Shown piece by piece: positions 55,410-64,000 of a stretch of DNA of 64,000 nucleotides. Under the pieces are notes generated by a model. That model worked only from the letters and a program-made list of their open reading frames with translations, was not told the origin of the DNA and did no database searches. Source of the stretch: Myxococcota bacterium. Its GTDB lineage: Bacteria; Myxococcota_A; Polyangia; Polyangiales; Houyiibacteriaceae. Positions within the stretch are counted from its first letter, which is position 1. Every line of letters starts with the position of its first letter. A program made the translations under genes and the position numbers. Where the stretch lies: assembly GCA_039030515.1 (NCBI GenBank), contig JBCCEA010000001.1, positions 160,001 through 224,000 of the forward strand, written 5' to 3'.

Positions 55410-56474
55410 CTACAGGATCCGGCCATTCGGGCCCCCGTCGTCATCGGCCTCGTGGTCGCCGGTCCCGTGTTCTTCTTCGCCCTGGTGCTGCTGCTCGTCC
55501 TCCAAGTGAACGCGCTCGTCGCTGTTCATTTCGCCAGTGGGCGACGAGGAAGCACCAGGCTCAGTCCCGGGCACAGTCCCCTCACCAGCGCGTGGAAGAA
55601 CACGCGCCGCGGCACCACTTGGCCTCGCCAGATCGCCAGAAGCGCCCGTGTCGCGGGGCGTTGCGCCGGTTCGGGCGTGACTCGCGGGCTCGTCCTCCGA
55701 GCCCACAGGAGCTCGCACAGGCGCGTCAGAGGCGGCCACAGACTCGTGACCCCGGACCACCTCCTGGAGTTCGCCGGCCGAGCTCGAGGTCGGCGCCGGC
55801 TCCCCTAAATGAACGTTCAAATCTCCAGCGGCGTCGTCGGAGGGGGCGCGTGGGGGGTGAGCGGGCTCCTCGGTCTCGACGTCGATCACCTCGCCGTGGT
55901 CGGGCAGCTCTCCGCGGACCGCCGCGTCGGCGGCGCGGTTGACCCGCAGCATGCGCTGGTGTCGAGCCTGGATGTCCTCGAGCGAGAGCGAGGCGTGGAT
56001 CTCCTGACGGGAGTCGGCCCCGCCCATCACGAACTCCTTGAGCCGCACCATGGTGTTGAAGTCGCCGGGGTTGTCGAAGCGCACGCGCCCCTCGGCCAGC
56101 GCCTTCTCGAACCCGGCGAGGAAGCCGTCGATGATGCGCAGCTCGTCGTCCTTCGAGAGCGCGACCGCGGTGGCCCGCAGTTCCACGAGCTTCTGGTCGG
56201 CCTGAGCCTGGATGCGCGCCTTGGCCTGCTTCCGGCGGCGCAGGCAGTTGTATTCCTTCGAGTACTTCGCGATGAGCGTCGTCGAGACCTCGAAGCGCTC
56301 GGCCAGGTCGCGGTAGCTCGGGTACACGACGGTCTGCGACTCGCCGTCGTCGCAGGTCACCACCTCGCCGAACACGAGCAGGCGGTCGACCTCCTCGGCG
56401 GGCAGCGCAGGTGGAGCGCCCTTCGGCGGGCGGCCCTTCGGGCGGCTGGTGGGCTGCTTCTTCTTCCCGCTCAT
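55410..56474 (-). CDS. Probable terminase small subunit (HTH, long disordered C-tail)
   Basis: [21 protein letters not shown] plus coiled coil; upstream of terL on the same strand. Confidence 0.6.
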   Translation of the reverse strand: MSGKKKQPTSRPKGRPPKGAPPALPAEEVDRLLVFGEVVTCDDGESQTVVYPSYRDLAERFEVSTTLIAKYSKEYNCLRRRKQAKARIQAQADQKLVELRATAVALSKDDELRIIDGFLAGFEKALAEGRVRFDNPGDFNTMVRLKEFVMGGADSRQEIHASLSLEDIQARHQRMLRVNRAADAAVRGELPDHGEVIDVETEEPAHPPRAPSDDAAGDLNVHLGEPAPTSSSAGELQEVVRGHESVAASDAPVRAPVGSEDEPASHARTGATPRDTGASGDLARPSGAAARVLPRAGEGTVPGTEPGASSSPTGEMNSDERVHLEDEQQHQGEEEHGTGDHEADDDGGPNGRIL

Positions 56475-56809
56475 TGGCTGCGCAGCTCCCACCATTCGCC
56501 GACCAGATCGAGGAAGTCATCGAGCAGGAGGGTGACGGTGGGCGCCGCGCGGTCGTCGCGGACCACGGCGATGGGGAGGCGTCCGTCGGGCGACGCCTCG
56601 ATGGCCTGGCGGAGCGCGGCCCGCATGTTGGGCTTCTTGCCCCGCTTCGCCTCGACCCAGAACACCGGGCACTCGACGTCGGCCGCCTCCTCGCCGGAGC
56701 GGGTCTGGAACCCGCGCTTCACGTCGGCGCCGGGCATGGCGTCGCGGAACCGGTGCACGAGCTCACGCTCCCACGCGGCTCCCTTTCGTCTGGACCGGGC
56801 GCCGCTCAT
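56471..56809 (-). CDS. Holliday junction resolvase-like PD-(D/E)XK nuclease
   Basis: [15 protein letters not shown] and WVEAKR motifs. Confidence 0.8.
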   Translation of the reverse strand: MSGARSRRKGAAWERELVHRFRDAMPGADVKRGFQTRSGEEAADVECPVFWVEAKRGKKPNMRAALRQAIEASPDGRLPIAVVRDDRAAPTVTLLLDDFLDLVGEWWELRSQ

Positions 56810-57858
56810 GGGTCGCCTCCAGGCTGGGCGAAGCGAACGGGGATGCCGCGCGCCTCGGCGTGTTCGATCTCGAGCCGCATGCCCTCGCTGATCCGCTCGC
56901 CGTACACCCGGAGCTCATCACAGGCGTCGAGCAGCTCGAGGCAGAGGGTCAGCGCCTCGTCCCGCTGGGTGGCCTCGTCGAGGAACGCCGGCAGGTAGAG
57001 CTGCGGCGCGATCGGGGCGAAGCCGTCCTCGGTGAGCGTGCGGCACAGGGCGGTGACTCGGGCGACGTTGGCCTCGGGCGCGTCGCGGTAGGGGTGGCAG
57101 ACGTAGACGCGACGTCGGCGGATCCGGGGCACTCGCGGCCGGCCCAGGCGGACCAGCTCGGCCGCGCAGTAGTGCAGGCCGTCGATGACCTCGGCGAAGG
57201 CCTCGGCCCGGTAGTCGCGGCCGTCATCGACCTTCCACGGGCCGTACTCGTCGCGGCCACCCTCGATACGGTCGAGGAGCGCCTCGACGATGGGCTGCTC
57301 GTCGGCGACGAGGTTGGCGACCCGCCGGCCTACGAGGGCTCGGTCGCGCAGCTTGCGGGCGACCTCGAGGGAGGCCATCGCGTCGGCGAGCGCGCGGTGT
57401 GGTGTCGGGCGGCTCAGGCCGAGCGCCTTGCACACGGCGTCGAGGGAGAGCGAGTCGGTCTCCGCCGAGGCGAAGAGCGGCCAGGCGAGGCTGGCGGTGT
57501 CGAGGCGGTGGTAGTCGACCTCGGGGATGGGCATGCCGGCGACGAGGAAGCCGCGGGCGAGGAAGGCCCAGTCGAAGCTGACGTTGTGTCCCGCCACCAG
57601 CGCGCCCTCGAGGAGCGGGGCGACGCGGCGCAGGCCCGCCGCGAGGCTGACGGCGTCGCGCCAGGCGTCGTCGCTGTAGCCGTTGACCTCCTGCGCCTTG
57701 GGGTCGGCGTCAGCGAGCCGCTCCGGGCGCACCTTCACGCTGACGTGGTCCAGGGGCTCGAGGGAGTGCCGGTCGACGCGCATGGCCGCGAGCTCGATCA
57801 GCTCGTGGCGCACGGGGTCGAGCCCGGTCGTCTCGACGTCGACGAAGCAGAGGTCCAT
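56806..57858 (-). CDS. DEDDh 3'-5' exonuclease fused to an all-alpha NTP-pyrophosphatase-like segment and a DUF4406/NDT-like domain
   Basis: VDVETTG, GHNVSFD, HRALAD; EYG...[16 protein letters not shown]...[15 protein letters not shown]...GIPV. Confidence 0.75.
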   Translation of the reverse strand: MDLCFVDVETTGLDPVRHELIELAAMRVDRHSLEPLDHVSVKVRPERLADADPKAQEVNGYSDDAWRDAVSLAAGLRRVAPLLEGALVAGHNVSFDWAFLARGFLVAGMPIPEVDYHRLDTASLAWPLFASAETDSLSLDAVCKALGLSRPTPHRALADAMASLEVARKLRDRALVGRRVANLVADEQPIVEALLDRIEGGRDEYGPWKVDDGRDYRAEAFAEVIDGLHYCAAELVRLGRPRVPRIRRRRVYVCHPYRDAPEANVARVTALCRTLTEDGFAPIAPQLYLPAFLDEATQRDEALTLCLELLDACDELRVYGERISEGMRLEIEHAEARGIPVRFAQPGGDP

Positions 57859-59033
57859 CACGCGACCTCCTTCGCCCAGAAGCGCTGCGAGAAGCGCTTC
57901 TCCGCGATGGCGTCGAGCTCGGCCTTGAGCAGCGTGACCCGGTCCTTGCCGATCGACTTGGCGAGCCTCTTCACGAGGGCGTCGAGCGACTTCTTGTCGA
58001 TGGAGCCGATCTGGGTGAGGAGCGCCTCGGGGCTCTCGCCGGTGGCGGAGACCAGCGCCGAGAGCGTGCGTTCGAGCGGGTACTCCTTCGAGGCCGCGTT
58101 GAACATGCGGTAGCGGACGCCGCCGAGCACCAGCTCGTCCTGGTCCTCGAGGCGGCTCTTGAGCACACCCTCGAGCTCGCGCTTGCGGGCGTAGAGCACC
58201 TTGGCCAGCCGGGCGACCTCCTCTCGCTCCTGGGCAACCAGCTCCAGGTCCTCGAGGTCCTCGCACACGACGGTCCGCTCACCGCGGAGGGCGGCGGCGT
58301 AGGTCGGGCAGTCCTGTCGGTGGTCGCAGTAGACGCAATTGCTGTTCAGGCGCGCGGGGAACTGGCGGGCCTCCTCGGTCATCCGGCCCATCGTCTCGAC
58401 GTAGGCGCGGGCGGCGGCGAGCTGCTCCTCGTCGCGCTCGGTGGTCATCCGGATGTCGTGCCGGAGCATGTCGAAGGTGAGCCGTACCTTCTTCGCCCAC
58501 GGCCACAGCTGGCGCGCGGCCAGGTGGTAGAGCGACATCTGCAGGCTCGTGTCCACCTCCTCGCGGGTGAAGAGCATGCGGTTGGTCTTGTAGTCGATGA
58601 CCTCGACCGTCTCGTCGTCGACGCGATCGACCCGGTCGATGAAGCCGAGCACGGTGAAGGGGCCGACGGAGAGCTCGAAGCGCTTCTCGATGGCCAGCAC
58701 GTCCTGGTGGTCGAGGTGACCCTGACGGCGCACGTAGGAGCGCAGGAGGGTGAGCCCCTCCTCGAAGACCTCGATGCCGGAGAGCTCGCCGGCGGCCCAC
58801 GCCTCCTGCCACAGCGTCACCGCGCGGTCCTCGGAGAGCGGGCCCTCGCGCTCCTCCTCCATGTGCTCGCGCACGAGGTTCTCGAGCACCGCGTGTACGG
58901 CCTTGCCGAAGCGCAGCGGCACGCCGGGATCGGCCTGCTTCTTGTCGATGTAGTGCAGCTTGAAGCTGAGCGGGCACTGCTCGAAGCGGGACAGGCGCGA
59001 GTAGGACAGGTGCTGGTTCTTGAAGCGCGGCAT
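57858..59033 (-). CDS. PD-(D/E)XK (RecB/AddB-like) exonuclease
   Basis: LSYSRL..FEQCP, GKAVH, GFIDRVD, IDYKT, QMSLY and CVYCD...C. Confidence 0.88.
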   Translation of the reverse strand: MPRFKNQHLSYSRLSRFEQCPLSFKLHYIDKKQADPGVPLRFGKAVHAVLENLVREHMEEEREGPLSEDRAVTLWQEAWAAGELSGIEVFEEGLTLLRSYVRRQGHLDHQDVLAIEKRFELSVGPFTVLGFIDRVDRVDDETVEVIDYKTNRMLFTREEVDTSLQMSLYHLAARQLWPWAKKVRLTFDMLRHDIRMTTERDEEQLAAARAYVETMGRMTEEARQFPARLNSNCVYCDHRQDCPTYAAALRGERTVVCEDLEDLELVAQEREEVARLAKVLYARKRELEGVLKSRLEDQDELVLGGVRYRMFNAASKEYPLERTLSALVSATGESPEALLTQIGSIDKKSLDALVKRLAKSIGKDRVTLLKAELDAIAEKRFSQRFWAKEVA

Positions 59034-59071
59034 GGCTCTCCCTCGGCGGAGGTGCGTGTTCTTCCACCGGG

Positions 59072-59102
59072 GTAGAGCCGGCCCTGGGCTCGCTCTGGGA
59101 CA
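59072..59102 (-). promoter_or_regulatory. Motif A copy (TGTCCCA-N15-CGGCTCTAC)
   Basis: Upstream of the nuclease-terS operon. Confidence 0.8.
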
Positions 59103-59105
59103 GGG

Positions 59106-59693
59106 CTACGAGGCGTCGTCGGCTGCCGGGCGCTCGTAGCTGGTGACGCGTGCGCCCGGGAAGGCCGAGCAGACGGCGGCCAGTGTCGCCGCGTCGCGCA
59201 CGCTGATCTCCTTGCGGTCGTCACGTCCCGTGTACTCGGGGACGAGCCAGACCTCGCCGCAGTCTTCGGTGGCCAGGCAGACCTCGACGCCGAGCGCCTT
59301 GAACGAGGCGACGTCCTCGTCAGTGAGGTTGCGGACGACCGGGACCTCCTGCTCGGGAGGGCAGCGCGGCTCGGGTGCGTCGTCGTACTGGGGCCGAGAC
59401 GTCGGTGCGCGCTCCACGGGCTGGCCGAAGAGGTCGCGGTCGACCTTCGGCGCGGAGCTCGGCGGCTGCGTCGGAGGCGGCGGCTCGACCTCGACGGGCG
59501 GGAGCGGCTCGGGGACCGCGTGGCCGTTGGCCTTGAGCCACTCGACGCACATGAACTCGTCAGGCAGCGCGCAGGCGCCTCCCTTGAGGTAGTGCTGGCA
59601 GCGCTTCGTGCCGGGCTTGGGCTCGTAGCGCGGGCAGGTGATCTCCGGCGGGGCGATCGGGCCTTGACCCGAGAAGCGATCAGAGAGGCCCAT
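59106..59693 (-). CDS. Hypothetical protein with N-terminal Cys4 motif and Pro-rich linker
   Basis: CPRY...CQHY...CALP...CVEW; RBS GGAGG. Confidence 0.7.
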   Translation of the reverse strand: MGLSDRFSGQGPIAPPEITCPRYEPKPGTKRCQHYLKGGACALPDEFMCVEWLKANGHAVPEPLPPVEVEPPPPTQPPSSAPKVDRDLFGQPVERAPTSRPQYDDAPEPRCPPEQEVPVVRNLTDEDVASFKALGVEVCLATEDCGEVWLVPEYTGRDDRKEISVRDAATLAAVCSAFPGARVTSYERPAADDAS

Positions 59694-59862
59694 CGCTCAC
59701 CTCCTCGAGCCGCGGTGGCTCCGTGGTGTTGGCGGGTCGCGGCTGGACCTCGACGTCGTCGATGAGACCCCGGACGGCGAGCTCGTTCAGGCGGCGGGCG
59801 AAGAGGTCCGCGACTCGGCGGCGGCGGTCCTCGGGCGACAGGCGATCAGGCTGGTGGCGCAT
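59680..59862 (-). CDS. Small hypothetical protein
   Basis: RBS GGAG; follows a motif A copy. Confidence 0.6.
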   Translation of the reverse strand: MRHQPDRLSPEDRRRRVADLFARRLNELAVRGLIDDVEVQPRPANTTEPPRLEEVSDGPL

Positions 59863-59893
59863 GGCGGCTCCGGTGCGAGTGGTCCTCGACCGG

Positions 59894-59924
59894 GTAGAGC
59901 CGGGTGAGAGCCCTGGACGGGACG
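59894..59924 (-). promoter_or_regulatory. Motif A copy (CGTCCCG-N15-CGGCTCTAC)
   Basis: Upstream of the first minus-strand phage gene. Confidence 0.72.
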
Positions 59925-59935
59925 CGCGGAGAGGC

Positions 59936-60293
59936 CGGGGGAACGCCTCGGGGCTGCGGGGCCACGCCGAAGGCGTTCCCCGGGATCGCCAGCAGCGGCG
60001 GGGGTTTGCGCTCGGTGGCCAGATCGGGGGAACGCCACCGCGTAGACCAGATTCGTGAGTCCGAATGCGGACTTAGGCCCGATCTCCCTTCGGGGGAACG
60101 TCTCTCTTTCTATAGCCACGTATGAGAGAGGCACTCCGAGGCGAGCGAGAGAAAGACAGCGTCCACGCGCTGTGCCCTCCCGCCACAGAGGCGTTCCCCC
60201 GCACCCGAACGCCCGCAAACGACCGTGGTTGCTGACCTTTTCGGTCGTGCGATCGCGTAGACCCAGGCGTTCCCCGGCCGCTCGGGGGAACGC
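59936..60293. repeat. Array of seven (C)GGGG(G)AACG repeats in both orientations around a TCTCTC..GAGAGA palindrome; candidate origin/operator array
   Basis: Forward copies at 59936, 60025, 60091 and 60283; reverse copies at 59972, 60190 and 60266. Confidence 0.75.
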
Positions 60294-60412
60294 GCCGAGA
60301 GGATCCCCGCGTACTTCTTCGGGATCCACAGAATGCTGTTCAGATGTTCACCCGAACGCTTGACCGGGTGTCGTGGATCGGTGTAGCTCTTGGACATGTG
60401 ACGAGGACCCGG

Positions 60413-61021
60413 ATGAGCGAGCAGCTGACCGACAAACAAGAGGCCGTCTTGGCCGTCATCGAGCGCCACTGGCGGGCCCACGGCGTGTCTCCGTCGGTCG
60501 CCGAGATCGCCGAGCGGCTCGGCCTGCGGAAGTCGACGACCCACGAGCACCTGATGGCGATCAAGCGCAAGGGCGCGCTGGTCCACGTCGAGGGGCAGAG
60601 CCGCTCGTGGCGGCCCACGTCGGTCGTCTCGGGCCAGGCCGAGCGGAGGATCCCCATCGTGGGTCAGGTCGCCGCCGGGGCCCCGCTGCTCGCCCAGGAG
60701 AACATCGACGGGTGGCTCACCGTCTCCAACGTGCGCGAGGGGCAGACCGTCTTCGCGCTCCACGTCCGCGGCGACTCCATGACGGGCGCCGGGATCCTCG
60801 ATGGCGACCTCGTCATCGTTCGCCAGCAGCCCGTCGCCGAAGATAGCGACATCGTCCTCGCGCTGATCGATGAGCAAGACGCGACGATCAAGCGCCTCCG
60901 TCGCCACGGCGACCGCGTCACTCTGCAGCCGGAGAACCCGGCCCATGAGCCTCTCACGCTGCCCGCAGATCGCGTGCAGCTGCAGGGCAAGGTGATCGGC
61001 CTCCGTCGCGACTACTCGTGA
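60413..61021 (+). CDS. lexA: LexA-family repressor (S24 autopeptidase)
   Basis: LTDKQ..VL, SPSVAEIA, VGQVAAG cleavage site, GDSM and ATIKR catalytic Ser/Lys; start at MSEQ. Confidence 0.9.
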   Translation: MSEQLTDKQEAVLAVIERHWRAHGVSPSVAEIAERLGLRKSTTHEHLMAIKRKGALVHVEGQSRSWRPTSVVSGQAERRIPIVGQVAAGAPLLAQENIDGWLTVSNVREGQTVFALHVRGDSMTGAGILDGDLVIVRQQPVAEDSDIVLALIDEQDATIKRLRRHGDRVTLQPENPAHEPLTLPADRVQLQGKVIGLRRDYS

Positions 61022-61031
61022 CGGGGGCGTC

Positions 61032-62222
61032 ATGGCTGCGAAGCTTCCGACCATCAAGAGCCTCGTGCGCCTTTCGCTGCTCGAGCGCGTGTCGCCCGAG
61101 CTGCTGGTGCGCTTCCTCCGGCCCTTCGAGGACTACCTGACCGCACGGCAGGTGGCCCTCGACGGGGTCAAGCACGACCACGCGTGGGTGGGCGCGCTGC
61201 ACGAGGTGCTGATCACCGTCGACCCGGAGATGCCGGGCGACCTTCAGCAGGCGCTCCTGGACGTCGCGGACCTGGCCAGCGACCAGGGCCACGAGCTCGC
61301 GCTCGAGCTCGCCGGGGAGCGCCAGATGACGCTCTTCGCGCCGGGCAGCGAGATGAGCGCCGAGGACCTCGCGTTCAAGCTCTACCTCGAGCACAGCGAT
61401 CTCTTCGCGGCCTCGCACGCCCGCGTGAAGTCGCAGGAGGCGCGGCGCTTCGTCGACTTCTTCCCTCGCGAGCACCGCCCGCTCGAGAACTACGGCAGCG
61501 AGTCGCGCCGGGTGCTCGTGGTCAGCCAGCTGCGCCGCTGGTTCGCCAAGCGCAACCGCAGCGAGTACGTCGACCTGCGCATCTCCGAGACCGACGCCGA
61601 GGTCACCTTCCTGATCATCCACGGCCGCACGCCGCGGAACATGTCGGTGATCACCTCGGCGTTCAGCCGCGACCGCCTCTCGTTCGTGCCCGACAAGCAG
61701 GACACGGTCGTGTTCGAGAAGGCCACCGGGCGCCTGTCCATCAACGCCCAGTACCCCGCCGAGAACGACTTCTACCGACAGGTGCTCGGCAAGGTGTTCT
61801 TCGGCAAGGACGACCACTTCGAGCCCCACGCCGTGCTGAGCTGCGACGTGCTCCTCGACGACGCCGAGGAGGCGCTCTCGGTGGACGGCGTCGCGGATCT
61901 CGACACGGTAGCGCTCCGAGAGATCGCGCTCGAGGCGTGCGACCACCCCTACGACCTGCTGGTGTGGAAGGCGAACGACCTCAAGCCGGTGCTGCCGAAG
62001 GATCTGCCCAACCTGCTGCGGCGCGCCCGCACCGTGCGCTACGCCAAGCTCGCCCTCTACTTCACCGGGAAGAAGCGGCCGAAGATCGTCTCCATCAACC
62101 CGCCGAACAAGCTCTCCTACGACCGCCGCACCGGCGACGATGTCGTGCGGGAGTTCCTCTTCGCTCGCGGGTTCCTGCGCCACCCCGAGCACGGCGTGAG
62201 CTACCAGCGGGCGCTGGTGTGA
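61032..62222 (+). CDS. Hypothetical protein co-transcribed with lexA
   Basis: 396-aa ORF with strong codon bias, 10 bp after lexA. Confidence 0.8.
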   Translation: MAAKLPTIKSLVRLSLLERVSPELLVRFLRPFEDYLTARQVALDGVKHDHAWVGALHEVLITVDPEMPGDLQQALLDVADLASDQGHELALELAGERQMTLFAPGSEMSAEDLAFKLYLEHSDLFAASHARVKSQEARRFVDFFPREHRPLENYGSESRRVLVVSQLRRWFAKRNRSEYVDLRISETDAEVTFLIIHGRTPRNMSVITSAFSRDRLSFVPDKQDTVVFEKATGRLSINAQYPAENDFYRQVLGKVFFGKDDHFEPHAVLSCDVLLDDAEEALSVDGVADLDTVALREIALEACDHPYDLLVWKANDLKPVLPKDLPNLLRRARTVRYAKLALYFTGKKRPKIVSINPPNKLSYDRRTGDDVVREFLFARGFLRHPEHGVSYQRALV

Positions 62223-62230
62223 GGGGGCCG

Positions 62231-63481
62231 ATGGATCGCTTCCTCCACGCGCTCCAGGGCGGCCAGCTCCCCGCCGGCATCCGATCGGCACTCGACCTGC
62301 GCTTCAGCGAGGAGGCGGTGGCCGGGCTCATCGGCGCCGGCGTCCTGACCCGCGGCGCGCAGGCGACCCGCTACCCGTGCCCCCGCGGCGGCTCGAGCTG
62401 CCCCCGAGAGATCGTCGAAAACCCAGGCGACGACGCGTTCCCCTTCGTCGCGATCCCACCGAGCGCCGAGGTGTGCTGCCCAACGGTGCGGCTGACGGCC
62501 GAGGACCTGGTCACCTGGCAGACCTCGCGCCGGGCCCTCGTCAAAAGGCTGTCCGAGCTCTATGCCGTGCGTGGGCCTTCGAACCTGCGCGACGAGGTCT
62601 TCCCCTGCGCCCACCGCCTCGGCCGGGCCGCCTGGCGCGGGCTCGACCGCGAGGTGCTCCTCTGCACCGACCTCAACGGCGCCGCGCCACTCGCCTTTCT
62701 GCTGGCCCGCCAGGCGAGCCAGCAGCCGACGCTCGTGCTCGCCCACGCCCGGACCCGCTACACACCGCCCGACGTCGACACCCACTTCGCCGCGGGTCCG
62801 GTGTCGGTCGTCTTCCTCGAGGACGAGCTGCGGCTCGACGGTGACCGCCTCGTCCGCGCGCAGCCGATGGGCGTGGCGGAGCCAGCGGGCGTGTATCGGG
62901 CGCGCGCCTCTGGGCAGCTGCCGCAAGTGACCGAGGCCAGCTTCCAGTTCCGGCCCCACGGCGAAGCCTGGGCGCTGCGGTACCAGGGTGGGCGCACGCT
63001 CCTGATGAACGAGACGAAGGGGCTCCGCTACATGCGGTTCCTGTTGATGCGCCCGGGCGAGCAGATCACGGCTCGTGACCTGGTCGACCTCGACGAGGGG
63101 CGGCCACCGGGGCACCACCCCTTCGCGACCTCTCTCACCGCCGACCAGGAGGCGATCGATGCTGTCCGGACGGCGATGCGCGAGCTTCGAAGCGAGCTCG
63201 CAGAGGCGGAGAGCCTGTCCCGACTCGACGAGGCGGAGCGGCTCCGCGGGGAGATCGAGAAGCTCGAAGCCTACGTGCTGCGGGAGGCGGGGCTGGGCGG
63301 CAAGCGCCGGAGTGAGTCGCCAGAGCAGAAGCGCCTGCGGAACGCTGTCTCGAACGCGATCCGTCGCTCTATCGGCGCCATCAAGAAGCAGGACGAGGGC
63401 TTCGGCGACTACCTGAAGCGCCAGATCCAGACCGGCTTCTTCCTCGAGTATCGGGACATCAAGACGCGTTGGTTGACGTAG
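62231..63481 (+). CDS. Hypothetical protein with Cys cluster and C-terminal putative DNA-binding/coiled-coil domain
   Basis: Start MDRF; CPRGGSSC...CC; KGLRY..FLL.RPG...R.AVS.AIRR...IQTG...Y resembles C-termini of large ATPase regulators. Confidence 0.7.
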   Translation: MDRFLHALQGGQLPAGIRSALDLRFSEEAVAGLIGAGVLTRGAQATRYPCPRGGSSCPREIVENPGDDAFPFVAIPPSAEVCCPTVRLTAEDLVTWQTSRRALVKRLSELYAVRGPSNLRDEVFPCAHRLGRAAWRGLDREVLLCTDLNGAAPLAFLLARQASQQPTLVLAHARTRYTPPDVDTHFAAGPVSVVFLEDELRLDGDRLVRAQPMGVAEPAGVYRARASGQLPQVTEASFQFRPHGEAWALRYQGGRTLLMNETKGLRYMRFLLMRPGEQITARDLVDLDEGRPPGHHPFATSLTADQEAIDAVRTAMRELRSELAEAESLSRLDEAERLRGEIEKLEAYVLREAGLGGKRRSESPEQKRLRNAVSNAIRRSIGAIKKQDEGFGDYLKRQIQTGFFLEYRDIKTRWLT

Positions 63482-63716
63482 GCGAGGCTCCGTCGGCGCC
63501 ACTCTCCGTCGCAGCCTCCAGATGGCCGTCCTGACGAGGCTTTCCTAGGCTTCTCGACCTTGACCCGGCGACTCCGTGACGGATACCTTGGCACGGGACG
63601 TGCTGTCTTGAGGCCCCGGAGGTCCTGTACGTTTGCCCCGACGTCACCACCACCATGCGCTTCCAGACAGCTGCTGCGTTCGCAACACATGCATCGGAAG
63701 TTCATGAGGGTGGCAG

Positions 63717-64000
63717 ATGGGCCACATTCGGCTTGGAAAACTACCGCGCGCGAAGCGCTGGGCAGAGGTCGTCGACCTCTTGGGCCTTGGTGCGGGTTCC
63801 GCTGCGGTAGCCGCCGCCACCCTCGATGCCGCCGAAGCCGACCTACGTAGCGCTCCCCAAGACCCGGCCGTCCTCCACGCCTTCTGGCTGCTGACCCAGC
63901 TCCCCGACGCGGCCCGCAGCGACGACTTCGCCAGCGCGCTTCGTGACCTGGGAGTCCAGGTTGAGAGCGCGCCTTCGGTCGCCGAGCTCGGCGCCGCGCT
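63717..64000 (+). CDS. Hypothetical protein, truncated by window end (absent from ORF track)
   Basis: ATG 63717 after GAGGGTGG; open frame MGHIRLGKLPRAKRWAEVVDLLG...AFWLLTQLP to the edge. Confidence 0.7.
   Translation, partial: MGHIRLGKLPRAKRWAEVVDLLGLGAGSAAVAAATLDAAEADLRSAPQDPAVLHAFWLLTQLPDAARSDDFASALRDLGVQVESAPSVAELGAA

Noticed and set aside
57858..59033. Cas4 / CRISPR-Cas locus
   Set aside because: No repeat-spacer array or other cas genes; it is a phage PD-(D/E)XK exonuclease.
59936..60293. CRISPR array
   Set aside because: The repeats are only about 9-12 bp, occur in both orientations and are irregularly spaced.
60326..60358. Canonical SOS box upstream of lexA (GAATGCTGTTCAGATGTTCACCCGAAC)
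   Set aside because: It contains GTTC/GAAC half-sites but does not fully match the Myxococcus, Gram-positive or alphaproteobacterial consensus; not supportable without binding data.

Overview
This is a high-GC bacterial window; a Myxococcota-like host is only an inference from composition and Cys-rich lipoproteins. It has three blocks. (1) 68-16885 is a minus-strand heavy-metal island with two paralogous czcCBA-type RND efflux operons. One is headed by ArsR/SmtB plus a CzcI-like small protein and the other by a BlaI/M56 pair. It also carries an HMA-CDF transporter and two SAM methyltransferases. (2) About 16894-60300 is an apparently intact contractile-tailed prophage structural region on the minus strand: terminase, portal, MuF, protease/scaffold, capsid, neck, sheath, tube, chaperones, tape measure, baseplate, fibre and lysis genes. 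It also has an amidoligase-GGCT accessory module, three plus-strand morons (HNH, orphan, HEPN) and a short tyrosine recombinase between terS and terL. (3) 60413-64000 holds a lexA-like repressor operon and a gene cut off by the window edge. The most striking signal is in the head module. A Dam-like DNA methyltransferase is fused to an XkdF/HK97-type prohead protease and bracketed by putative maturation sites, and the protease's EVSLVD strand is encoded on the next (scaffold) gene. This suggests a split protease that packages a methyltransferase into the virion. Two distinct multi-copy bipartite promoter-like motifs (6 and 5 copies), an iteron-like array and a -1 frameshift site are also visible. 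All family assignments are from motif recognition by eye; no database searches were run.
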